From Psammoneis japonica (Eukaryota), in assembly GCA_008632985.1 (NCBI GenBank), contig QPGO01000102.1, positions 1 to 64,000 of the forward strand: DNA of 64,000 nt. The letters are read 5' to 3'. The position numbers were made by a program, and so were the translations under genes. The notes beneath the pieces are model-generated. The model was not told the origin of the DNA and ran no database searches. It saw only the letters and a program-made list of their open reading frames with translations. Positions within the stretch are counted from its first letter, which is position 1. Each line of letters begins with the position of its first letter. Positions 1-13,443 of this stretch are shown here, piece after piece.

Positions 1-696
1 TTTCTGCGCCAACTGTGCAATTCCCGCCGACGCCAAAATGCGTACGCGAGCATCTCGATTGTTGGACCACGGCAAATCACAGGCGGCATTCAAGAGCAAG
101 CACGATTCTTGTGCGTGTCCCTGTTGAATGTACATTAACGACGCATCTGCCCAGACACTCAAATCGGATTCCTCGTCACGCAACACTTGCATCAATGCGC
201 TCGCCGGGATTTCTTCCAATTCATGAGGGAAAATCTCAACAAAATTAGAAGAAGAGCCTGATGTAATGGGAATTACCAAGGAGGGGGGTAACGATTCATC
301 TTCTTGAAGAGGAGGGACCGCGTCGGCTGCCACCATGGTTGCTGCTTATTTTTTGCTTTTGACTGCGGTGTGTTGTTTTTGCGCGCGCGATACGACCGAC
401 CGCGCGATTTGATGAGAGTCAGTCCGTCGTCTGTCATCACGATCAGCGTCTGTCGTCATACCGTACCCCAGATGGAGGGAATGCGAAAAAAATAGCAATC
501 GCGCCTCTACATACGCGTTATTCACGTACATTTTCTACGCATATCTTTCTGCGAATTTTCAGCAGTCGCCCACAAACTGAAAACACAACACACCGGACTG
601 CTTCTGTGCTGTTGTAGTTGTTACTGAAGCACAAAGTTACCTTACCTTACCTTCTCTTCTGTTGTAACCATTGAGTTCCAATTGAACGCCGTCAAC

Positions 697-3531
697 ATGG
701 TCAAGGGCTTTCAGGAGCGCCTTGAAGATGTCCGTGTCTTTTTAGAAAAGAACACGGCAATCACAACAAAGCCGAAAAAGCGAAGAGGTGTGAAACCACC
801 CCGTGGTGTGCAAAAGCGTGGCACGGCGGACGACACGGATACCAAGAAGCAACAAGAAGCCGAAGTCCGTATTGAACGATTCCGCAATGTGTTTGCCAAG
901 CCGCTAGAAATGATGGTGGACTTTGTCGCACCCGTTCACCCCAAGACGGCAGATCAGCGCAAGAAACTTCACGCGGCGCTGCAAGATAATTTTGTCTTTA
1001 TGAATTTAGACAAAAAGTCGCGTGATGAACTCGTGGATGCCATGGAAGCGATTCAAGTTCCCAAGGGACACGTCGTTATCAAACAGGGTGATTTGGGTGA
1101 CTACTTTTACTTTATTGAAAAGGGACGAGTCACCTTCAACGTGGATGGTAAGGATGTCGGTACGGCCGAAGACGGAGGATGCTTTGGAGAATTGGCCCTC
1201 TTGTACGATTGCCCTCGTGCTGCGACAGTCACGTGCAATACGGACTGTGCCTTGTGGCGCGTCAATCAAACCGTCGTACGGCGCATCAAGGCGGCCCGGG
1301 CTCTGGAAAACAACAAGGAAGCGAGGGACTGTGTCAATATGGTTTCCTTTCTCAAAGACTTGGATCAGCCAAACAAGAACCGTATCGCCGATGCTTTGGA
1401 ACGAAAGTATTTCAAGAAGAACGAGTTGTTGGCCAAGAAGGGTGATCAGTGTGAGGCCTTCTTCATCATCAAGCACGGGACGGTCAAGGCTGCGGATATC
1501 TCGGTTGGTGATACTCGTTTTGATGATTTGGTTCTCACAGAGGGAGATTTCTTTGGGCAGAGCTTTATTCGGGAAGAGAAACCGTGGCCCGGGAATGCCA
1601 GGGCCACGTCGGATGGATTGGCCTATTGGTTGTCGAAGGATAACTTTAACACCTTGTTGGGTGGACTGGAGCTGGACGCACTCATTGCCAAGAGTCGTCG
1701 TAAGCGTTTCTTGGTGAGTCTCGCGTCCTTACGGAACAGTGCACCACAGTATGGCTTGGCATATGTCGCTCTTGCTCACTTGTTACTGTCGTTGTCATCT
1801 TTTGCAACCACACAGCAAGCGATTCCAATCTTTGCACAATCCGACTTGGACCCTCTTGAATACGACCTATTGGCGGACCTGATCAAGCACGAAGAGTTCA
1901 AAAAGGGTCACATCTTTACCCGCCAGGGCAAGGCCATTAGCCATCCCGGTATCTATTACTTGGTTGAGGGATCAGTCTCGATTTCCAAGCGTTATGGTGG
2001 ACCTGCCCGTATTCTCCAAGTACAGGACGAGATGTTTGGTGACGATGAATTGGTGCCTGAAGAAGGGGCCAGAAAGCAGACTGTGATTGCCAAGCACACC
2101 ATTACGGCATCAGAACACGTTGTGCTTGGCGTCCTGACGTTGGAAGAGATTGCCAGCGTCATTTTGGATCCATCAAGATTGGGCAAAAAGGCGGCGAGGA
2201 AGCGTGCCAAGGAGGACGATAACATCAAGTTGGAAAGCTTGGAAAAGTACAAGATACTCGGAGCTGGAACTTTTGGACAGGTCTGGCTTGTGTGCCAGGC
2301 AGACAAGAAAACGCCTGGATCCAAAATTATGGGAGCCATTGTTCCGCAAAAGAGCTTGGCAGGAACGCACACGGGCAAGACACCCTATGCTCTCAAGATT
2401 CAGTACAAGCGTGACTTGATTGGGTACAATCAGGTGGAGGGTGTCTTGAACGAGAAGAAGATATTGGAACAGATGGATCATCCTTTTGTCATGCGTCTCA
2501 TCAACTCATACAAGGATGATTTGCGTGTGTATATGCTTACGAACCTCTTGCAGGGTGGAGAGCTTTCCAGCATTATTCATACCGATGAGTACGATGGTGT
2601 TCCAGAAGACGAAGCCATGTTCTACGCAGCTGGTATTCTCGAAGGACTCAGTTACATGCATCGCCGCAATATTATTCACAGGGATTTGAAGGGTGAGAAC
2701 GTCTTAATGGATAGCGACGGTTACGCCGTGCTGATTGATCTTGGGTTTGGTGAGTCGACTGCGTCTGCTACTGTTTTGCTTGTTGCTCAGTTTTTCTGTT
2801 GTATTGAACCACCACTCAAAAACTGCATCTTGTCATTCGTTTCAGCCAAGGAAGTCAAGGACAAGACATTTACTTGCTGCGGAACACCCATCTTTATGGC
2901 GCCAGAGGTTCTCCTTGGCGAAGGTACGTGGATTGGCTTGTGATTTACTCCTGCCATACTATCACTTGATTCTCATCTTGTGGTGTTGGACTTGTCGTTC
3001 GTTGCTGATAAGGTCATAACCAAGGTGCAGACTACTGGTCGCTCGGTGTAAGTGCTTCGTCTGGAAGAACATGCAAACTGTATGGATCTCGTCGGTTGCG
3101 AACTCATGCTTGCTTTTGCGTTGTTGTAGGTTATGATTTACGACATGATTGTTGGATACACGCCCTTTTATATTCCGGGCATGAGTCAGGTGGAGTTGTA
3201 CGAGCGAATCGTCCGCGCCAAGTTCAAGTTCCCATCCGACTTGGAAGTGTCGGCTGAAGCCAAGAATCTGATTCGCAACCTCTTGTTCCCGGATCCGTCC
3301 TTTCGTCTTGGTTGCTTGACTCGTGGTGATTTGGACATTCGCGACCACTCGTTCTTTATGGATATTGATTTTGGAAAGTTATTCCGCAAAGAACTTGAAG
3401 CACCGTGGGTTCCCAACATTAAGGATCCCTTTGATGTGTCGCAGTTTGATGATTGGTCCGAGTTGGAAAACAAGAAGAAAGACCGTGCCCCACTCACCGT
3501 GAAAGAACAGAAGCTATTTGATAGCTTTTAG
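697..3531 (+). CDS. Cyclic-nucleotide-dependent Ser/Thr kinase (PKG-like; three cNMP-binding domains + AGC kinase domain), 5 exons
   Basis: Motifs FGELALLYDCPRAATV (cNMP), LGAGTFGQV, HRDLKGEN, DLGF, CGTPIFMAPE and an AGC tail. Inferred GT-AG introns 1714-1815, 2750-2845, 2924-3012 and 3048-3129 give a continuous frame. ATG at 697. Confidence 0.9.
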
Positions 3532-3889
3532 TGAGGAATGACGAGGGTTGGAGAGTGAAAACAAGGGTTTAAGTTCTTTTTTCTTATTGTGAGAATAGTA
3601 GCGATGTTATTAGTTGTGTTCGGTTGTGTCTCTCGCCAAGTTAGTCTCTAGCTAGCGAGAGGACAACACATTCTTCTTATTCTCTATCATTGACAGTTGA
3701 TAGTTGGACAATGCGACCGACGCAGACGAGCCGACGCCGCGCGCGTTAGCTGCGTGCTGACCAACATCATCGCAAGGAGCGAGGACGATGAGAATGATAC
3801 GGTAGAACAACGCAGAAGTAACGAATCACCACTAAAATCAAATTGCTCTCTAGTAGCTAGGTACTTCTGTTAATGCAAACAGGCCGACA

Positions 3890-4517
3890 ATGGCTGCATC
3901 CCTGGTGTCGACAAGACTAGCTGCTCGTCGCATTTGCTACCTTACACCCAATCGGGTTGGTCTGGGACAAATACAAGCAAGCTCATCATCACCGCCTTCT
4001 TTCCTCGTCCACCAGAAACAGTTGTTTTCTTCCAACAAAACAAAGCCGACGTTTCTACAAAGATTTTTGGGTCCAAAGGAAATGCCTCCAAGAGGAACAA
4101 CTCGGTGGTACGGAGAAATGGTTTTGCTATGCACTGTATTTGCCATTACTGGCTCTTCGACCATGTTTCTGGTAAGGTACCTTGATTCCTCGTGTTATGG
4201 ATGTGTCGTCGGAAGTACCAGTGTTACTTATTAAAAATTCCGATTGCTCTTGATTAAAAATACAGGTTCGTCCAGCTGTTTCTCAGGGACTCAAATTAGA
4301 GGGTAGTTTTAAAGAAGGTCCCTGGTCCTACAGGATTTGCAGCTTGGTAATCATGACGCCGCTCTATGCTGGACTTCTCGTTGTGGTTGGCACAGTATTT
4401 GGACGACATGCATACTTTCGACACTTTGCCGTCAAAATGTTTAGTCGATTTGGTATCCCGCCAGAGCTCATGGACAAGAACTTTCATCAGACAGCAAAGA
4501 CATTTAAGAAATGGTAG
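3890..4517 (+). CDS. Small membrane protein with transit-peptide-like N-terminus, 2 exons
   Basis: ORF from ATG 3890. Intron 4172-4265 joins ...STMFL to VRPAVSQGLKLEGSFKEGPWSYRICSLVIMTPLY...TFKKW-stop. Two hydrophobic segments. Confidence 0.7.
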
Positions 4518-4885
4518 ATTTATCTTTGATCCTTTACACATCTTCATCGTTGCGCAATGAATTTTAAGTCCTCGTTCACCTAGCAGCAATCTACTAGCGA
4601 GACGAGAGGATCAATACTCTATCGAGAGCAGCGTTAATGTTTCTTGGACTCGGAAAGAGTACCGGTACGAGGATGCTAGATCTTTTATCTGCTATTTCGA
4701 CCTCTCAGACACCTACTCGTGAAGCTATTTGAATCATTAGATGATAAGGATGAGGATAAACCTTACAATATTATACATCGTAAGACGTGATGCGTGATAG
4801 TCTGGATATCGCAAGGGTATGAGCGACAAAATCACAAGATCGTACTACTACACAGAGGGCATGCCGAAGGCGCGACCTCTACTAG

Positions 4886-6014
4886 CTATAGAGAGCCGCC
4901 GTCACCAGTGCTCTCCGATTCAGAACTCTGTTTGAGACGTTTCACGAGCATTTCTCGCGTTCCATCAACGTCAAGTCCAGCCTCGTCAAGCTTCCTGCGC
5001 AACGACCCAACGCTCAAACGATCAACATCACTGTCTTCTTGGTCGTAAACCTTGGGTTAGCAATGGCTCTCATCAATTCGGTGAGAATCGCTGGTGACTG
5101 ATTCAGTGAGGAGAAACTCTCCCCCTTCATTACTGTAGTGCTATTTGCAACAAAAAGTTGACAGCAACCTCCCACAGTAGCGCACAATTTCTGCTATCAG
5201 CATAAAGAAGCAGGTCCACCACACTGTCGAGAGTGACGCTGGACTCAGCAATCTTTGTTTCAACCAAGAGCTTGAGGGTCGAACACTCAAACTTGTCTGC
5301 GGCATCAAGAAGCGTCTTGGCATCTTCCAAGATATCCATCTTCTCTGGGAGTTCACCTGAGTAAATGAAACGCAGCAAAGCCCGAAAAGCCCATGGGTTG
5401 ACACCATCAATCTGGATCGCATCGTCCTTGTTCACGTCCCCAGCAAGAGCAGCGAGACTCGGGGCACGCATGGCGACAATCACTCGGTGAGCTTGGATTT
5501 GTTCCCCGCCGACTGAAAAGGTCACATCGGCAAATTTCTTGGATTGGAACAATTCCTTCGTTTCCTTTTCGATGGAAAATTGGGGACGCCACACCTCAGG
5601 CTTGCTCTGGACGAGCTGATAATCCACTTTGACGGCAAGCGTCCCATCGTTGAGAAATCTGCTGGTGGGATCAACCACATCAGCACGGAACAGGAACATT
5701 CGGCCCGGCCTGCGAACACCATCACCAGCTCGCAACGAGCATTTTACCTTTGGTGATTCACCCCGTTCGCTTTTGCATTTCAAAAAAATGCAGACATAAA
5801 CCGGGCCCTCACGAAGTCTGCTGATGCCACGCGGGTACAACTTTAATGACCACAAAAGCCCGTGGCAACGCACTGAGGGAGAAGTTACACTCTCTCCAGG
5901 CACTTGTGTAAGATCTTCAAAATTGTGAAAGTTGAAGCAAAGCGTGTGCTTTGCAGAAAGCACCTTCTTGCGACCCACGTCGACAACTAAAGCATTACCG
6001 TCTTCTGAGGACAT
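4886..6014 (-). CDS. MATH-BTB/POZ (SPOP-like) protein with C-terminal SAP-like tail; frameshifted here
   Basis: MATH-like WSLKLYPRG and BTB ADVTFSVGGEQIQAHRVIVAMRAP...FRALLRFIY. The C-terminus (DRLSVGSLRRKLDEAGLDVDGTREMLVKRL) continues in other frames after apparent 1-nt indels near 5155 and 5050. Confidence 0.75.
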
Positions 6015-6613
6015 GATGAAGTCGCTCCCGCCCTATTGAAAGCGGAATGCGGCACTGCTTTTGCTGCTCAAGCGAGCAAATATTTTATGATGCCACAATG
6101 GTCGGTTGTCGGTTGTCGGTCTGGAAAAATAGCTCATTTTTTACGAGCTCGAGGTATACCGGGTTCACTGAACAGCTAACCATTGATGGACTGTGCTGAC
6201 TGTACGGTAGATAAACGCCTCTCTACTCTCTCTCTAGAGCTAGTTTCATAGTAGCTAGAGTAGAGACTCTACTAGAGTAGTAGCTCTCTAGTAACTAGTA
6301 GCATCTAGTAGTATGGTAGTAGAGTCAGTCTATCTGATGCAACCGGCTACTCTACCTACAGTAATATCTCTCGAGAGAACAGAGAGCTCAAGGTATAGCT
6401 CTGTAGTAGTGCCGTACCTATAGCCTACAAGCCCTTTGTATGCTATTGGGTCGCTCTGGATTGCCGCGCCGATATAAAAAACTTTGAACTTGCACGATTG
6501 AGCGGAAGCACATTATTCTGCAGCGTGTTTCTAAGTTGTTTTTTCAGTCTTCTCACAAACCTTCTCAGTACTTAGATTTCTGACTCTAGAATGTAAACTC
6601 TTCTTTTCCCATA

Positions 6614-7720
6614 TCAATTTGCCGAAATCTTTTCGAGCTCGATACACAAACGGTTAAGAACCGAGTCGTCACAGGCAACATGCCGGCGAAAGAGTTCCAC
6701 CACTTGGTGCTCTTGCAACCTCTCATAGTCTTGTAGCGTCCTCGAGACTAGATATCCACTAATCTCTCCTAGAGCCGCATTAAAGCCAGCGGCTTGTGCG
6801 TCAAAGTGATGTTGCGGCTGTCTAGGGAATACAATAACTCGCAACAAACACGGCGAGCTACGACAAAAGAGCACATTGTGCGGAATCTTCTCCCTGTAAA
6901 GAACACTGACAAAGCGAAATACGACAGATTCCAGTATCATTCGATCCGCAATAGACGACTGAAACGAAAAACAATGAGCCTTCCAATCCAGCAAGTCAAT
7001 TTGGCAGCGAACACTATTGTTGTTGATCCTTTTCTTGACTCTGGCCCATTCGACAGGAAATCCCTGAGCGCCATTGACAAACAAATCATCACCCGCTCGA
7101 TCTAGTTCATCGGGATAGAGTATGTGCAAATGCAAACGGTTGACACTGGAAAAGGCTCCGAGAGAGTTGAATCCAATTCGGCACTCGCAGGCGCCACCGT
7201 CTTGGCACTCGGTCAAGATTGCCATGGCGAGTCGGATCGCGTCAGACGTCAGTCTCTGCGGTCGATTCTGTTTTATATATGGTACAAGCAAGCCATGCCC
7301 ATACATAAGAGGTGACACATTGACTAGAACTGGGTGATGTTCGCCCTCTAACTCAATCTCGAGCAGAACTTCACGCTTGTCTGTAACCTTGTTGAAATGA
7401 AATTCGTTTGGATCAAAGGGGGCATTGACCATCACGTGTCGTGGAATGGATGCTGGACGCTTTTTATCAAACAAATCGGGTTCATAAACAGCAATCAGAT
7501 GAAGAGGACCAGGCAATCGGCGGCGTTTTACATTGGCAGAAAGAGGATCGGTTCGCAAAACACCGTGAATCGAGCGACACTGCTCAAAGGCGGCAAATAT
7601 TTTCAAATCAAAATCGGACTTTGTGTTCCCATGACGACCGACTTTAATGGGAGACTTTTCTTTGTCTGCAGTGCCTGTAGCAGTGTTTAGAAGCGCACTC
7701 TGGGTCGGGTCAAACGTCAT
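6614..7720 (-). CDS. GDP-D-glucose / GDP-L-galactose phosphorylase family (GDPGP1/VTC2-like HIT enzyme)
   Basis: FDPNEFHFNKV, LVNVSPLMYGHGLLVP, RIGFNSLGAFSSVNRLHLH, IPHNVLF and NAALGEISG match family motifs. Confidence 0.85.
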   Translation of the reverse strand: MTFDPTQSALLNTATGTADKEKSPIKVGRHGNTKSDFDLKIFAAFEQCRSIHGVLRTDPLSANVKRRRLPGPLHLIAVYEPDLFDKKRPASIPRHVMVNAPFDPNEFHFNKVTDKREVLLEIELEGEHHPVLVNVSPLMYGHGLLVPYIKQNRPQRLTSDAIRLAMAILTECQDGGACECRIGFNSLGAFSSVNRLHLHILYPDELDRAGDDLFVNGAQGFPVEWARVKKRINNNSVRCQIDLLDWKAHCFSFQSSIADRMILESVVFRFVSVLYREKIPHNVLFCRSSPCLLRVIVFPRQPQHHFDAQAAGFNAALGEISGYLVSRTLQDYERLQEHQVVELFRRHVACDDSVLNRLCIELEKISAN

Positions 7721-8019
7721 GATGTTTTTGTGTTGAATGTGCGTGTACCGTACCGTTACACCCAAAATTCTACCCAAGTAGTATTTTTCTACTGGAAAGT
7801 GGAATTCTCGTATGTAAAAATGTCAATACGGTGTTGGTATCTTCTAAAAAGATCTACCGTACATCCACTGTTTATTCCACTCAGGTAGAAGGCACAGTAG
7901 AATTTTCGGAGCCAAAAATTCTACCCTGCGCGCCCCTTTCGCGCGATCTAAACAGTCTGTCCTTGGTGCGTGATGTCGAGTGCGACGGGAGGAACAAAAA
8001 AATACTCGAAAGTTCTACT

Positions 8020-11000
8020 CGTCTCAATGCGGCATCTCAACCATGAGCGTTGCCGCATGCAACCCCGGCAACTGCACCAATGCCAACTGCATCTATGGTG
8101 GCATGGCAAGCAGCACTCACAGGCATCCTGAGTGCAGCAGAAACCTTCACACTCCCTGTGGGAAAGCAGACGAACGACTTGCACTGCTTTCAACTTTGAC
8201 AAGCTCCAAAGCACCCATTTGAGATCACTGTTGTGAATTTTATATTTAAATATTGCCAAACAATTGCATTAGCCTAAGGAACAATCAGCACCTCATTGCA
8301 CTTCCACCAGCTTGAGAAGAAAACAAGCTGCTCCCTGGCGCAGAAGGCACGACCAAGGGTTGCTGCCGTTGATCTTCAAATGGATTGTTCCGCATCCTTG
8401 GCTTGAGATGCATTTTTTTATAACTATTTGGTCCGCATTCACCTTGGCACCTGTGCTGCAATGGGTGCCGAGTGGGCCTGTCAGCGACGGCGAGACAGGA
8501 GAAACTGTGAGGAAAAAACTGCGCCACACTTGACAATCATCAAACGCACAAAACATGAGATGTGTGCAACAAACAAACATTTCCATCACATGTTCGACAT
8601 TGTCATTAGCAAATTTTGTTGTTCTTACCTTTGCAGTCCAAAGCCGAGCTTGATTGTGAATGCCACTGTGTCAGATGCGGCAGTCCTGTCAGTGTCCTCT
8701 CTGGGAGCAAAAGTCGCGAAACACCCAAGAGGTGAGGAGCAGCAACAAATCCACTGCAAGCATCATTTTTTTCCACAGTCACATTGATCCGTAGCGGTGT
8801 TCATGCCGTCGCTGCAATGGGTGCCGGGCAGACCTGTGAGCGACCACAAAACAATGGAAAAAGTGAGAGAAAAGCTGTGCCTCAGAAAAAAGCATCAAAC
8901 GCCCAAAATGCGGGCTTTGCAATGAGTGCAAACACAACCATGCGATTTTTAAAGCTAAGTTTAGCAAGCATTGGCATTCTCACCTTTGTCCTCAAATCAC
9001 CGAGTGGAAATGTCAATGCTGCTGTTGCCGACGCGGTGGCGCCGTGTGTTTCCTCTCTTGCAGCAAAAGTCATCAAACACCCAAAAGGCAAGGGCAAGCA
9101 AAAAATCCAAAGCAAGCATCATTTTTTTCACAGTGTCATCAGTCAATGTTGGCATTCATGCCTTTGCTGCAATGGGTGCCGAGCAGAACTGCGGGCGTTC
9201 AAAGGCCATGGTCAAGGTGACGGCGCGGTGTTTTTTGAGCGTCGCTCGCTTCGTCTTGGAGTTTTTTTTTGGGTTCAACTCTCGCGTGGGGTTTGCGCAG
9301 GTTGATTGCCAGCACGTGGCTTCTCTGCTGATGGCTGCGGGTTGGTCTTCTTCCCCGTAGGATGAGCACTGCTCTCTGCAGGGCAGAACTGAGGGCAGAT
9401 TTTTTTGGATGTGTTGGCCCGGCACCGTGCATTGCATGTGGTCCAAAAGATCCATCTGATCGCCGTCGTCCGTTGCGCTCCTCGTGCGTTTGCACGCACC
9501 ATCTGACAGCGAAGCAAATGAGGTGGCGTGCAAGATCAACAAAACTGCTGAGCCCACAAAACATGAGCAAAGAGGACATTCAAAATAAACAGATGCGATG
9601 GCTTGTCACAAGATGTGGCTTGTCAGATGCGCTGGCAGAACCTCCTCCTTTGCCACAAAGGGGAAATTTTCAGAGCTTCTTTTTTCACTCGGCCAAGTTG
9701 CAATGCTCAGAAGTGCTTTCTCTTCACATCCGGAAGTGCCCACCACAGCTCACAATGTGCAGCATTTGCTTGCATCATGTCACAAGGTTGAAATGGACAA
9801 TGCAAACAAGGAAATGAGAGTCTGTGCTCTTGTGTGTTTGCTCTCTCTCTCTCTCTGGTCCGTGGGGCACTGGACACACACGTTTGGGGGGCTGTCCGAG
9901 CGCTGATGCAGACAACAGTTGGACAGAGAGATCCTTCCAATGAGGGTGAGATTCAGATGAGCACTTGGCCACAGAGTCAGGCTGGAGCCTTGACTTCTCA
10001 GCAGGCTGAAGCTCTGTGCACACCGCTGCTGGGGCTGCAAGAAGCTCTGGCGCAGGAGGGCACTGGAGTGGGCTGCCGTTGCTCGTGGAAGAGCTGCTTG
10101 CCGCTCACATCAAAAAGGTGCTCCAGCTCTCCAGACGATGGTGGGGCCTTGCAGCTGGGCCTTGGACATTTTGCATTTTTTGACCATGAGCTGCATGTCA
10201 TGCATGCACATCTTTGTGTGACTTTGAATTTGTTCTTTTGTGCTGGTGCTGTGCTTTGGGTGCATCTCTTTCCACTTGGGGGGGGGGGGGGGCATCCTCC
10301 ACTCAACACCTTTTTTGACTTTTCTTGCAGAGCATGAAGAGGCACAGCTGTGCTGCACAAAAGTTGTCATCATCTGTTTTGATGAGAAAGACAAACATGC
10401 TCACATGTGGTTGCCCACTGTGGGAGAGTCATGGAGCACACACACAGAATTTGGCAGGCTCCAGAATGTCACACAGAGCCCCGCCCAAGCTGGCATGCAC
10501 CCATGAGCAGATGGCTGTCAAGGTTGCAGTTGCCATGATGGCATCAACAAAATTGAGAAATTCTCAGGTTGTCCACACATGCAAAGCATGCTGATTTGTT
10601 GGCTGGCTTGGCAGCTTGCGGCAGAGTCCACACAACACTTTTCTGCAGATTGCGCGCTGATGTCTGTTGCTCTTCTTCAATGTCCCCTTGGAGCACTTGG
10701 AGTTGTCTGCAAGAAAGGTCAAAAAATTCTGGAAGTTCAAATTCTCAATGGGGTGTGTGGCACTCAAAGCAACAGAACAAGATTTGTTGGCGCGCATTTG
10801 AGCAACCACGACACTCTGGCAAAAGGTCTTGTTGGCACATGCAGGGCAAAGCATGATGACTGGACCAAAAATGTTCATGAGCTTCCTGCCACTGACAGCA
10901 AAAGTGGTCAACTCAGCAAACAGACAAGCTTGCTCAACCTTTTCAGTTTGAGCTTTTTGGAGCAAAAGAGCCAACTCAGACCCCAGCTGTGCTGTTGCAA

Positions 11001-12660
11001 AAGGCAAGCAAGTGACAAGCCCAGGCATCAGACACCCTGATCTTGTCTGGTTCTCAGGCACGTCAACTTTGATCACAATTTGGGTCCTCCATCTTGAGTG
11101 GCAGCTTGGCTTGGTGCAATGTTGGCAGCTGGCCCCATCTAGAAAGTGGTGCCCAAAAATCCTGCCAAGTTGTGCCCAAGAGTTTCTTGACAACAGGGCA
11201 GGTTGGGTGTGCAGAGCTGCTTGTCCAAAAAAGGTGAAAGGGCTTGAAAGTCATTGTGGTCAAAAGAGCTGTGGTGTTAAGACCAATGAAATTGTCAACA
11301 AGTTGCAGTCCATTGCCAGTGTTTGATCAAAAAGTGCTCCTCTCTTTGGTCAAGAAAGAACCCTCCATTGTGAAGTTGGGCTCACCCAGCTTTTTGAAGC
11401 TGGAAATTCAGAGAGCCACCATTGCATGGTGTGCTCACCTCCTGGGTTGACTTCCAAAGTGGTGGAAAACAAGCTTTCAAAGCCAAAGGCAAAGGCAAAG
11501 CTCTGGTGCAAGAGATGAACTTTTTCCATTTGAGTTGTTCTCACTCTCACTCTTCAAGATCTGGTTTAAGATCAAGAGGCTCTGCAATGCCAAAAGCCAA
11601 GTGTGCTGCCTGCCAAAAACATTGCTGCTCTGAGTTGGCATCAGGGTGCATCAGCATGCATTTCAAACAGCCCACCACAGTTTGTTTGTACAAGCACCAC
11701 CTCTTTGGACACCACAAGCTTGACAGCATTGAGTGCTTCACCCTTGATGCAGGCACAGCCCCATTTGGAAGCCCTGCCTGCAAGACTTGCAGGGGACATC
11801 ATTGTTCCTCTGAGTGAACAAAAAATTCCCACTCTTTGGCTCAGCCACCACCCACACACTTGAGCACCTCAACAACAGCCTTCTTTTGTCATTGATTGGA
11901 TGCCTTGGATGGTGACTTCACATTGTCCACAATGCTCCAAGAGAGTTCAGCAAAAGATGGGATTTGTGGCACTCACCATCTGAGAGTCCATTGCTTTGAA
12001 GTGAGCCTTTTTGAATGGCCAGAAGGTCAATGGCATTTTTGGAGTTGGTGGAAGGAGCAAACAAAAAATGAGTCACAAAACATGCTTGAAATTTGTTGTC
12101 ACCAAAGTTGCAGGTGTTGAGACCAACGAAGTCACCAAAAACAGGGAGTCCATCACCAGCACATGGTGAAAAAAAGAGCTCCTCCTTGGTCAAGAGAAAA
12201 CCCCCCGCGTTGTGGCACTGGACCTGCCCAGCCACTTTCTGCAATGCACTTGGAGTTGGAAATTCAGCCACCATTGCAGGGTGAAAAGAGCATCATTCCT
12301 CTGAATGAACAGAGCTTTTACTCATTTTGTGGCCCAGCCAAACACTTGGCTGCCTCAACCTTCTTTGCCAATGGCTGAAGGCCTTCTCTGGTGACTGCAC
12401 ATCCAAGGTGCTCCAAGAGCATTTGGCAAAAGATGGGCTTTGTGGCATTGGTGAAGTAAGCCTTTTGCAATGACCAGGAGGTCAACAGCATTTTTAGGGT
12501 TGATGAAAGGAGCAACTAAGAATGTCTCACAATGCTTTGAGGTGCAGGTGGAATTCTCACAACAACACAAACAATGTTCTTTCCAGACCAAATCCTTGGA
12601 AGCAAGGTTTTGAAAGCATTTTTTGGTGATTAGGTTGTCTCTCCTCCCAGTCTTTGTTTC
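8020..12660. other. Hypermutated (TpA- and CpG-depleted, TpG/CpA-rich) relic domain 1
   Basis: TA is nearly absent over kilobases and CG is rare from about 9600 onward. Many short Cys/His-rich ORFs occur in all six frames. The domain contains internal duplications. Borders are approximate. Confidence 0.85.
8456..9200 (-). repeat. Degenerate tandem repeat, about 355-bp period, with exon/intron-like structure
   Basis: CTGCAATGGGTGCCG recurs at 8456, 8812 and 9167. The units share AAAAGTC..AAACACCCAA and AAGCATCATTTTTT. Minus-strand GTAAG/GTGAG donor-like sites lie at equivalent positions. Confidence 0.65.
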
Positions 12661-12989
12661 AGCAAGTCAAGATGTGTAGTTGCGGCAGAGATGTACACCG
12701 TACAAAGGGATTTTTTGTGTGAAGAGCGAAGTCGATTTACCTGACGGATTTCAGGGTGCATGCAAGTCTTCGCTTCTCGTCCAGGTCTTGGGCCATGCAA
12801 CAGGCATTCGTTGGGACCAACATGGCAGGAAAGTGAAATCGATACGCAGCCGGGGACCTGGCAATGGGATTAGTCTACCTGGTATGTTCCCAACACGCGA
12901 GACACGTCTACTGCTAGAGAGGGCGGCTGCATACATTGTTAAGAAAGGGTCAATCATGATGCACAATAAGCCACAATGGCGTTATAGAA

Positions 12990-13443
12990 CCAAGTCGCGA
13001 ACTGACCTGACAGTTGTACTCTATCTTATCCTTGACGTGCACAGCAATTTAGTGGTTCAGAAAATCGGCCCAAGTGTAATTGACAAAGAAATGTTGGTTC
13101 CCCCGAAAGTAGAGGGACGAGTAGAACTTCTTGACGTTCCAAACCTTGATTGGATTGACCTTGTATTTGACCACATCCACGTTCACATTAACTTCGGGGC
13201 TATCCACAATATTCTTGAGACCCTTGCGAGGAATAGGGATCGATTCTCCTCCGAGGTCAATGGGAAAGTCAGCGAATCCTTCGAGTTTTCTCAAGCAAAA
13301 CCACCGTGAATCCCCGACGCCTCGAGAATATATTTCAACTTCGCCGGGTTTGGCATTCTTCTGAATAGAGTGTAAGCCGTAGTCCATCCAGCAGCGCCGG
13401 CTCCAGCTACCAACACCTTGGAAGGTGCCATGCTCTTGTTCAT
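12990..13443 (-). pseudogene. Flavin-containing amine oxidase, N-terminal fragment (copy A)
   Basis: KVLVAGAGAAG (FAD-binding), ILEASGIHGG and FADFPIDLGGE. Frameshifts and a stop are present. The C-terminal half is missing relative to copy B. Confidence 0.75.

Noticed and set aside
8020..12660. Numerous Cys/His-rich ORFs in all frames here and in 17800-19900, 27100-30200 and 54800-60700
   Set aside because: They are a by-product of TAA/TAG loss and TG/CA enrichment; there are no coherent domains, so they are not metal-binding proteins.
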